From contig CBDDPU010000004.1 of the NCBI GenBank assembly GCA_965232435.1, positions 2,172,423 to 2,236,422 of the forward strand: a stretch of 64,000 bases of DNA, written 5' to 3'. The stretch comes from Dehalococcoidia bacterium (GTDB taxonomy: Bacteria > Chloroflexota > Dehalococcoidia > Lucifugimonadales > VXLM01). The notes beneath the pieces were generated by a model. The model was not told the DNA's origin, searched no databases, and was given only the letters and a program-made list of their open reading frames with translations. The translations under genes and the position numbers were made by a program. Below, one piece after another: positions 55,027-63,127 of the stretch (positions are counted from its first letter, which is position 1; every line of letters starts with the position of its first letter).

Positions 55027-56115
55027 ATGAAGGGACGAGCAATTCAGCGGAGGACGACTTCCCAAAAAGGCCGGAAGTTCGAGGTTGAACTAATCACCGG
55101 GCTCGAACGGCTCGTCAATGATGAACTGGCAGAAACGCTCGGAAGAAGGGAATATCGACTAACGGGGTACCCGCGAGAAGGACGAATCTCTATTCGGTAC
55201 TCTGGGCGAGTGGCCAGAATGCTAAAGTTTCGCAGCGTCATCGCTGTGCATCGAGTGGAGCGATTCGAAGCGCCGCGTCCGAAGGCCCTCTTGGGCCACG
55301 AACATTTTCGTCGACTGCTCGGAGCGATACGAGAAATTATCGGTTTCCACCCGGCGGGAACGTTCAAGACGTTTCGAGTCAGCGCGGCGGGAGCAGAGTC
55401 GACCACGATGAGACGGATCCGCAGCGAGATAGGAACGGCGCTTCGACTAGATGAAGAGACCGACAAAGCCCATTTGAATTTGTCCATACGCCGCTCAACA
55501 AGCGGCGCAGGCTGGGAAGTCCTCATAAGATTGACGCCAATGCCGCTTTCGGCTCGAACCTGGCGAGTGTGCAATCGCCCCGACGCCCTGAACGCCACTG
55601 TCGCCCACGTCATGGCAAAGCTCCCCGGCCATTCAAAGGACGACCGGTTTCTCAACCTTGGGTGCGGCTCCGGGACCCTGCTCGCGGAGCGTCTCGCCGT
55701 TGGGCCCGCAGGCTCGATCGTCGGACTAGACAACGACCCAGAGGCTTTGACTTGTTCGGAACGAAATCTCGCTGCCGCGGGCGTGCTGCAGGGTGTAACC
55801 CTGATTCGTGGAGACATTCACTCCCCACCCCTGCCGGATAATTCATGCGACACAGTGACAGCCGACCTGCCATTCGGAATGCTCGCCAATACCGACGACG
55901 GCCTCGACGAACTCTATGATGCCGCCCTCCGAGAGACGGCGCGGCTGGTCGTTCAAGGGGGCGCGTTCACGGTCATAACGGCCCGGCGACGACTGTTCGA
56001 AAATACACTGTCGCGACACTCGGAGCAGTGGTGCCGCACGGCGGAAATCCCCCTGCGAGTATCATTCCACAGCGGATACATCGCGCCGAGCATCTACCTG
56101 CTTCGCAGAGTCTAG
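55027..56115 (+). CDS. THUMP-domain class I SAM-dependent RNA methyltransferase
   Basis: N-terminal ferredoxin-like/THUMP region, motif I LNLGCGSGTLLAE and motif IV DLPFG. Confidence 0.65.
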   Translation: MKGRAIQRRTTSQKGRKFEVELITGLERLVNDELAETLGRREYRLTGYPREGRISIRYSGRVARMLKFRSVIAVHRVERFEAPRPKALLGHEHFRRLLGAIREIIGFHPAGTFKTFRVSAAGAESTTMRRIRSEIGTALRLDEETDKAHLNLSIRRSTSGAGWEVLIRLTPMPLSARTWRVCNRPDALNATVAHVMAKLPGHSKDDRFLNLGCGSGTLLAERLAVGPAGSIVGLDNDPEALTCSERNLAAAGVLQGVTLIRGDIHSPPLPDNSCDTVTADLPFGMLANTDDGLDELYDAALRETARLVVQGGAFTVITARRRLFENTLSRHSEQWCRTAEIPLRVSFHSGYIAPSIYLLRRV

Positions 56116-56119
56116 AGCG

Positions 56120-56887
56120 TCACCTTCGCGGCGCAGGAGCGCCGGCATCGTCGTCGGTCCAAATGTGAACGTTATCAGCAGTGGTTACAGGCATACGCAG
56201 GGAAGCATCTTCGCCCAGAGTCGTTATCTGGTGCCGGAATCCACGCGGAGTGAAGACGATGTCGCCCCTCCTAGCGTGCAATTCAGGCCTTCCCTCTCCA
56301 ACCTCAAAAAGCAGTTCACCGCCACCGATCACCCACCACTCGTCAAAATCGAAATGCCAGTGAGCATTGCTCACGTCTCCGGGACGCTCGCGTATGAGAA
56401 AAAGCGTGTTGCGGTCGTTCTCGATGATAGTGAACCGTCGTTCGTCGGAACGTGCCAGAAGATCAGCCGCACGAGTGAGAATCATGTTCGGAGGCCGCCT
56501 AGACGGGACAAAAGTCTCCGCGGCGGGAAACTGGCCACTTGAGGACGGATCGCCGAATTGGGGAGAAACGCTTACACGCAGTCCGAATTCGTCTCCGACG
56601 ACACGGGCCGCGTGCGCCAAGCCGACTGGGCACATGACAATATCACCCGCCACGGCGCGAATTGGGGGGAAACTTCCAATACGGTACTCGTACTCACCGG
56701 TAAGGATAAACCAGAACTCGCCGGGATCGTGGCGACCGTCGCCTTCTCCAGACGTGACGGAAACATCGCACAGAAGGGTTACTCTGTTGCGCCCATCGTG
56801 GAACAATGGCCGCCGCCAAGGGCCGGGACCGAGTTGGGCCCTGATGACGTCAGGACGAAAAAGCGTCGGCTCGTTAGGGTTTCCCAT
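56120..56887 (-). CDS. Bicupin domain protein
   Basis: Two cupin-like halves (GEFWFILTGEYEYRIG...GDIVMCP.G..H and HWHFDFDEWWVIGGGELLFEVG...GDIVFTPRGFRH). Confidence 0.6.
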   Translation of the reverse strand: MGNPNEPTLFRPDVIRAQLGPGPWRRPLFHDGRNRVTLLCDVSVTSGEGDGRHDPGEFWFILTGEYEYRIGSFPPIRAVAGDIVMCPVGLAHAARVVGDEFGLRVSVSPQFGDPSSSGQFPAAETFVPSRRPPNMILTRAADLLARSDERRFTIIENDRNTLFLIRERPGDVSNAHWHFDFDEWWVIGGGELLFEVGEGRPELHARRGDIVFTPRGFRHQITTLGEDASLRMPVTTADNVHIWTDDDAGAPAPRR

Positions 56888-56899
56888 AGCGAAACGAGC

Positions 56900-58198
56900 T
56901 TATTGGGAAGGCAAGTCACCGGTCGACGGCTCAGGGCGTTTGGAGCCGCGCCAAATTCGGGAAATTGGAATCAGGGCTAAAAGACCCGCTTCAAACAGGA
57001 AATACCCCAACATGGCGCCATTGCTGATGCGCTCGATACGCTCAGGAGAAGAGAAGGTCGAGCCTCCGAAAGTGCTGCCGGGAGGCTTCGGAGCGGTGGA
57101 AGGGTGGTTCCCGACAACGTGAGATCGAAATCGTTCCCCAACGTCGCCCAAATGTCCCGACCTCTTCCGCGCGCGGAACCACGCGAACAATGCGGCGAGT
57201 GTCGGTAATACAGATGCCGCAGCCACGATCATTATAGCCTCAAAGAAGAAGCCGCGGGGGAAAAGCCTGAGGATTGCTTCTGACGGTCTTCTCACGACCC
57301 CCTGAGATCGAGAGATCGCGCGCGCTTCGCTTAAGGTCTCTGATCTTTTCCGTGCGACGAGCCAGGCCAGCAATGCGGCGAGTATCTGCAAAATCGAGGC
57401 CGCAGCTACGATCATCACCGCCTCAAAGAAAAACCCGTCCGGGAAAACCCTCAAGACGAAAATGGCAGCCGCAAAAACCGCGAGAGTCTGGACAGCAGTC
57501 AGTATGAAGAACGAGGAAGCGGAGAGACGCTTGAGAATCAACATTGAAATACAGAGGAGCCATATTCCTTGGGTTACCGTCAAGGCGGCGAGCGCCATCG
57601 TCGCGTCAAAGAAAAAGCCCTCAGGGAACATCGCGATAAGGAAGTCGCGAGCCGGGTCGAGTTGCCACAGGTCATTGGTGAACGCGATGACGTGAAAAAA
57701 ATAGAACGTCTGGCTGAATCCTGTAAGCGATAAGAAACCGGCTAAAAGGACGATGCTCAATGTCAGCGCCGCGCCCCACCCAACAAGCTTGAAGAGCGTG
57801 CGATGAAAGGATTGAGGAGCAAAGGCGAGCCCGGCCGGAATGAACAACAGAATAAAGAAACCCGCAATAAACTCGACGTTGTACAGCGTGCGGATGAGCA
57901 CCTTCACATCCCACATGTGCAGTATCTCTGTGGTGTTGTAAAGAGGCGACAACTCGCCGCCAATTCTGACCCTGACGTCAAGCCAGCGTTCCTCATTGTT
58001 GAAATAATCACGGATTTGCTTGCCGGCTTTGACAAGTTCGCTTCGTTCAATCCCCGTTACGGCTTCGATCTCATATTGGTCAAAGCCGTAGTCGTAGAGG
58101 AGAGGCGTGTTTACCAACAGACGAAGGTTCGTCGTGATGAGGAACAGCGGAACGGCAATAACGAACGCCGTGTAAGCTATGGCTCTAACGATGGACAT
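56900..58198 (-). CDS. TIGR01906/DUF1461-like integral membrane protein with a triplicated C-terminal module
   Basis: The N-terminal third (TTN.RLL.N.P.LY.YGFD.Y) resembles TIGR01906. FP[EDR]GFFF[DE]A recurs at aa 191, 252 and 313 (61-aa period). Confidence 0.5.
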   Translation of the reverse strand: MSIVRAIAYTAFVIAVPLFLITTNLRLLVNTPLLYDYGFDQYEIEAVTGIERSELVKAGKQIRDYFNNEERWLDVRVRIGGELSPLYNTTEILHMWDVKVLIRTLYNVEFIAGFFILLFIPAGLAFAPQSFHRTLFKLVGWGAALTLSIVLLAGFLSLTGFSQTFYFFHVIAFTNDLWQLDPARDFLIAMFPEGFFFDATMALAALTVTQGIWLLCISMLILKRLSASSFFILTAVQTLAVFAAAIFVLRVFPDGFFFEAVMIVAAASILQILAALLAWLVARKRSETLSEARAISRSQGVVRRPSEAILRLFPRGFFFEAIMIVAAASVLPTLAALFAWFRARKRSGHLGDVGERFRSHVVGNHPSTAPKPPGSTFGGSTFSSPERIERISNGAMLGYFLFEAGLLALIPISRIWRGSKRPEPSTGDLPSQ

Positions 58199-58276
58199 GA
58201 CTATAGGATATCGCGTTCCGGTGAGAGAACGCTACACGGCAAATCGAGGTTTCGCCGTTGAACCACGTGGCAAAAA

Positions 58277-59185
58277 CTACCGGCGCCGTTGTCGGGGATC
58301 GAGGGCTTCACGGATGCCGTCCCCAATGAAGTTCCACGCGATCACCACCAGGAAAATGGCGAGACCGGGGAACGTGCTGAGCCACCAAGCTATGGTGATG
58401 AACTCTCTGCTCGCCGAGAGCATGTAACCCCAGGACGGCGTCGGAGGCTGAATGCCCAAGCCCAGGAAGCTCAGGCTTGCCTCGAACAAGATAGCATAGC
58501 TCATTCCCAGGGAAGCCTGGACGATGATGGGAGAGACCGTGTTGGGAAGTATCGTCCTGAACATGATCCGGATCGGCCCTCCCCCGATAGCCCGCGCGCT
58601 CTCCACAAATTCCTTCTCACGCAGCGAGAGTGTATTCGCCCGCGTAATCCGAGCGAATCCAGGAATAAACGCAATGGCAATCGCAAGCATCGCATTGCGG
58701 AGCGACGGACCGAGAACGGCCACCATGAGAATGGCCAGCAATAGGCCGGGGAACGCGAGGATCACGTCCACGATCCGCATGAGTATGCTGTCGGTCCACT
58801 TGCCGAAATATCCCGCCACAAGCCCGATCGTTACTCCGATTGTCGTGGCAAGCAGCACGGCGAAAAATCCCACCTGCAGCGAAACCCTCCCACCATGGAT
58901 GAGACGGATCAGATTATCCCGCCCCAGGGAGTCGGTGCCGATAGGATACTCCAGCGACGGAGGAAGCATCAGGGCGTCATAATCCTGTTCCAGCGGGTCC
59001 GTGGGAAGCAGCGGAGCAATCAGGGCCGAGACGGTGAACACGATGATAGTCGCAGCGCCGAACACCGCCGTACGGTTTCTGACAAAGCTCGCGATAAACA
59101 GGCGGACCATTCGAGCGCGACGCCTGTCGGCCATATCATCGCTGGCCTGAAGCTCCATAGCTCTCTTTTGGGCGGAGGTGCTCAT
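58277..59185 (-). CDS. ABC transporter permease (DppC/OppC type)
   Basis: Start trimmed to the ATG at 59185 (ATGA overlap with the upstream permease). EAA loop: E.ARA.GGGP.RIMFR.ILPN. Confidence 0.85.
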   Translation of the reverse strand: MSTSAQKRAMELQASDDMADRRRARMVRLFIASFVRNRTAVFGAATIIVFTVSALIAPLLPTDPLEQDYDALMLPPSLEYPIGTDSLGRDNLIRLIHGGRVSLQVGFFAVLLATTIGVTIGLVAGYFGKWTDSILMRIVDVILAFPGLLLAILMVAVLGPSLRNAMLAIAIAFIPGFARITRANTLSLREKEFVESARAIGGGPIRIMFRTILPNTVSPIIVQASLGMSYAILFEASLSFLGLGIQPPTPSWGYMLSASREFITIAWWLSTFPGLAIFLVVIAWNFIGDGIREALDPRQRRR

Positions 59186-60126
59186 TCGTATCGTATCCGC
59201 GGGTCGAGATATCCGTACAAGATATCCGCAAGAAGGTTCATCGATATATACCAGACCGAAGTAACGAGAACGATCATTTGAACAATGGCGTAGTCCCGTG
59301 CCTGAATGGCGTTGACAAGCAGCAGTCCGACGCCGGGCCACCGGAACACCGTCTCGGTGACGAGCGCGCCGGCCAGCAGCGCCCCCAGGTCGAGAGCGAT
59401 CACCGTAACGACCGAGAGCATCGCATTCTTCACGGCGTGTCGCGCCACAACGGTACGGTACGGGAGACCCTTAGCTTGGGCCGTGCGAACGTAGTCGGAA
59501 CTCATGACGTCGAGCATTCCAGACCGCATGTACCGCGTCAAGGCGCCAATGAGTTGAAATCCCAGGGCTACGGACGGCAGGATGAAATACTTCCAATCAA
59601 ACCCTTGCCCTATCGGGCCGTAACCTGATGTCGGCAGCCAATCAAGCCGTACTGCGAACAGCAGGATGAGCATGAGACCGACCCAGAAACTCGGCGCGGC
59701 CACTCCGAACAGCGAAAAAGCGGAAATGAAGTTATCCAAAACGCTGTAAGGACGCAGTCCGGCGATGATTCCAATGGGAATGGAAACTATGAGCCCTACG
59801 GCCATCGCCGACAGCGTGAGAGGAATCGTTCTCTTGAACTTCTCCCAAACGAGAGGAGCGACGGGGTGGTCCGAGGCATAAGCGATGGAAACGCCCATAT
59901 CTCCTCTGAAGACCTTTCCTACCCATATGACGTACTGCTCGTAGATCGGCTTGTCAAGGCCGAGTTCCCGACGCTCTTCTTCAAGCGCCTTCCGTGTCGC
60001 TTCCATGCCGAGTCGAGTCACCGCAGGATCTCCGGGCGCGAAACGCACCGCCGCGAAGATAACGAATGAGAGCACGACGACAACATACAGCGTTTGGAGC
60101 AGTCGACGAGCAATATAAGCCTGGAT
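59182..60126 (-). CDS. ABC transporter permease (DppB/OppB type), probable non-canonical ATC start
   Basis: F.L....PGDP, YVRTAQAKGL. The conserved N-terminal AYIARRLLQTLYVVVV lies upstream of the first ATG/GTG/TTG. GGGAGG sits 8 nt before the ATC at 60126. Confidence 0.75.
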   Translation of the reverse strand: MQAYIARRLLQTLYVVVVLSFVIFAAVRFAPGDPAVTRLGMEATRKALEEERRELGLDKPIYEQYVIWVGKVFRGDMGVSIAYASDHPVAPLVWEKFKRTIPLTLSAMAVGLIVSIPIGIIAGLRPYSVLDNFISAFSLFGVAAPSFWVGLMLILLFAVRLDWLPTSGYGPIGQGFDWKYFILPSVALGFQLIGALTRYMRSGMLDVMSSDYVRTAQAKGLPYRTVVARHAVKNAMLSVVTVIALDLGALLAGALVTETVFRWPGVGLLLVNAIQARDYAIVQMIVLVTSVWYISMNLLADILYGYLDPRIRYE

Positions 60127-60277
60127 GGCTAAGACCTCCCGGACACAGAGAAGGAGTCGGCCTCAAGAGTGGGTCGAGAGACCGACTGCTTCCAAAATGT
60201 GAGTCTGCGCTTTCGAACTTCGGACCGCCGCGCACCGGTTGATTTGTCGATTCGCGGCGACCCGGTTCTGTGTTCGA

Positions 60278-61933
60278 TTATTCGTCCGATGGCTCTTGCC
60301 AGGTCCAGTCCTTGGCGTTCCAGTAGCCTTTCGGGCTTACGTAGCCGCCCTGCACGACACTGCCGGCCGCGAAGAAGCGAGGCATACTCTGCAACTTGAT
60401 CAGCGGCACGTCCTGATTGACAACGATATCAACGATCTTGCGGTAGTTCTCCGCCCTGAAATTGCGATCGGTCGTGCTCTTGGCCTCGTCGAACAGGCGC
60501 TCGATCTCAGGGTTGTAGTACCGCATTCCGTTGTTGCCCTTGAAGCCGTCTCTATCGGAGTCGGCTCGGAAGACGCTCTGCATCAGTCCGTCGGGGTCAG
60601 GTTCGCGAGTGTACCAAGCATCGCCGAGGTCGAACTCCTTGTGAGTTCCCGCCCAGCAGCGAGACTCCGGCCAATCACCCGTGTCGCAGTCGACGCCGAA
60701 CCACACCTTGTCGAGCCATGTCGGGCTGTCGACGATAACAATCTCCATATCGATGCCCGCCTCGGCAAGGTTCTGCTGGATAACCTCCGCCATCTTCTGC
60801 GTGACGGGGATGTTCTCCGGCATGTACTTCAGTTTAAGGGGATTGTCGGGGCCGTACCCGGCTTCCGCGAGAAGCGCCTTCGCCTGCTCCACGTCTCTCT
60901 CCGGGCACTCAAACGGCAGATATGCCCAGTGCGACTCGAGGACAGGGTTGCAGCTGACATCTCCCAGGCCGAAGTAGATCGCGCTGTTGATGGCATCCGC
61001 ATCGACAGCAAGCTGGACCGCCTTCCTTACTCTTAGGTCCGACATCGGCCCCTCGCGGACGTTGAAGATGACCGTCATGTAGGACGCCGTTATGCCGTCG
61101 CGCTGCTGCAGGAGCTGAATGCCCGGAGTAGTGGCTAGTCTGGCGACCTGCTCCAGCGGGACGTCAACCGCGAAATCAATCTCGCCGCTTCGAACCGCGG
61201 CCATTCTCGTCTGCGGATCCTTTATGGGAATGATGAAGACCCTCTGAGGCCGCTCGTTCAGAACATCCTGATCGAAGTAGTCGTCGAACTTCACAAGCTC
61301 CAGCTTATCGTCCGGCACCTGGCTCACGAACTTGTACGGCCCGGTTCCGATCGGATTCGTGTCGATTTGACCAATGCTGCCCTCGTCGACGATGGCCAGC
61401 GACCAGTGAGCCATGGACGGAAGGAAAACGGGACTCGTCTTGTCGAGAACAACCTCGAATTCGTAGTCGCCGGTCGCCTGGAAGGAAACAACGTCGTTGA
61501 GCTCGCCTTTGCAGCGTCCCTTGTCAGCGATCTCATTCCGGCAGCGGTTCCAACTGTACTCAACGTCCGCAGCCGTGAGCTCCTTGCCGTTGTGGAACTT
61601 AACGTCGTCACGAATCGTAAAGGTATACGTGAGTCCGTCATCCGACACTTCCCAGCTTTCGGCAATATCCGGCTTCGGGTCCATCATGGTAGCGTCGTAT
61701 TGCAGGAGACGGTTGTAGATCATCTCCGAGAAGATGATGTCCGTGCCCGACTGGCTCTTGGCCGCATCCAAGAACTGGACCTCACCTCCATTTCCGACGC
61801 GGAGCACCGAATCGGCTGAAGGACCGGATGAGGCAGCGGCCCCGTCATCTTCATCTCCGTCGCGTTCACACGCAGCCAATACCAACGCGGCTAGGGCGAA
61901 CACAACGAGTATCAATCGACCTGTCTTGAGCAT
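60278..61933 (-). CDS. ABC transporter substrate-binding lipoprotein, family 5 (peptide/nickel type)
   Basis: Start trimmed to MLKTGRL (GGGAGG SD). Lipobox LAAC. The architecture is typical of SBP family 5. Confidence 0.85.
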   Translation of the reverse strand: MLKTGRLILVVFALAALVLAACERDGDEDDGAAASSGPSADSVLRVGNGGEVQFLDAAKSQSGTDIIFSEMIYNRLLQYDATMMDPKPDIAESWEVSDDGLTYTFTIRDDVKFHNGKELTAADVEYSWNRCRNEIADKGRCKGELNDVVSFQATGDYEFEVVLDKTSPVFLPSMAHWSLAIVDEGSIGQIDTNPIGTGPYKFVSQVPDDKLELVKFDDYFDQDVLNERPQRVFIIPIKDPQTRMAAVRSGEIDFAVDVPLEQVARLATTPGIQLLQQRDGITASYMTVIFNVREGPMSDLRVRKAVQLAVDADAINSAIYFGLGDVSCNPVLESHWAYLPFECPERDVEQAKALLAEAGYGPDNPLKLKYMPENIPVTQKMAEVIQQNLAEAGIDMEIVIVDSPTWLDKVWFGVDCDTGDWPESRCWAGTHKEFDLGDAWYTREPDPDGLMQSVFRADSDRDGFKGNNGMRYYNPEIERLFDEAKSTTDRNFRAENYRKIVDIVVNQDVPLIKLQSMPRFFAAGSVVQGGYVSPKGYWNAKDWTWQEPSDE

Positions 61934-62169
61934 CGAATACACCTCCCTATGTGTTTGACCAACGTTCAAGCGCGGTAATCATAAAGCTAATTTAGGCTTC
62001 TATCAACCCCTAACTCTCCTTTTGTCTCCGAATCAGAACCGATTTCCAACGAAGGCCGCGTCGAATTACGAAGGGAGCACTGAGAACCCGCCCTTATACC
62101 GGCACGAGCCCAGTTCTGAGTCGGTATAATACAAGACGGTTCCTACCCCAAAAATCGGAGGCGATCAAC

Positions 62170-62868
62170 ATGAGGCTCATACTAGTCGGATGCGAATACG
62201 CTGGCACGACGACACTCGCCGAGGAAATCGTCAAGTGGCGTGATAAGGTGATGGGCCCGCCGACTCCGTTGGGAATCGTCACCTATCACGACCACTTCAC
62301 GCCGCCATGGTTCGGCCACTGGGACGAAATCCCCGAAGACGACCTGAAGAAGTACATGGAACTCGGCCCCGCTCTCAAGGAAATGTTTACGCGCTACCAA
62401 TTCGCGTACCACCTCTCGCCCCAACTCTACCGGGACAGCGACCACATCCTCGTTGGATTCCACATCGAAGAGGCCGTCTACGCCCCTCTGTACTACGGCT
62501 ACGGGAAAGCGGGCGAGTACGGCGACCGAGAGAGCATGGCGCGCAGCATCGAAAAGGAAATCATAGAACAGGGCCCCGACACCGTGATAGTCCACGTCAA
62601 GGCGTCCGCCGACGTGATTCGCAGGAGGATGAAAGAGTCCCCACACGAGCGAGGCGTCATTCAGGAGAAGGACATCGAGCGCATCCTGGAGAGATTCGCC
62701 TACCACTACGGCCATTCCCTGCTCCGCTACCGTTTTGAGCTCGACACGACTGCGGCGACGGTCGAAGAGACGATGCGCGAGTTCATCGAGAAGATTGAAC
62801 CATTCCTGTCCGACCGCGACCGGCTGCGAATTCAGGCGAGAGCCCTCCTCCACCCCGAATCGGCATGA
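62170..62868 (+). CDS. P-loop kinase-like protein with degenerate Walker A (GCEYAGTTT)
   Basis: MRLILVGCEYAGTTTLAEEI has the beta1/P-loop/alpha1 layout of NadR/dNK-like small kinases, but Thr replaces the Walker lysine. Confidence 0.4.
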   Translation: MRLILVGCEYAGTTTLAEEIVKWRDKVMGPPTPLGIVTYHDHFTPPWFGHWDEIPEDDLKKYMELGPALKEMFTRYQFAYHLSPQLYRDSDHILVGFHIEEAVYAPLYYGYGKAGEYGDRESMARSIEKEIIEQGPDTVIVHVKASADVIRRRMKESPHERGVIQEKDIERILERFAYHYGHSLLRYRFELDTTAATVEETMREFIEKIEPFLSDRDRLRIQARALLHPESA

Positions 62869-62958
62869 GAAGGCGTCTCCAAAGTTCTCCAACACCGTCC
62901 ATTCCAAAATGACCGCTCGGTCTCAAACGTCGTCCGCGCGAAAAGATCGCCCGTGGCC

Positions 62959-63029
62959 GGAGAACCACTCATGACGAGAAAACCACTCGTACCGAGAAAG
63001 CCACTCGTGCCGAAAGAACCGCTCGTGGT
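62959..63029. repeat. Four tandem 17-18-nt repeats (consensus GAGAAANCCACTCGTNCC) upstream of an AKR gene
   Basis: Units at 62959-62975, 62976-62993, 62994-63011 and 63012-63029, with a degenerate fifth unit following. Confidence 0.8.
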
Positions 63030-63127
63030 GAGCCTGTCGAACCACGCCCCTCTTCGACAAGATCAGGGCGAACCAATCACATTGCTCACCCCCACCTTTC
63101 CAAACGCCCCTTAAAACAATGGAACCG

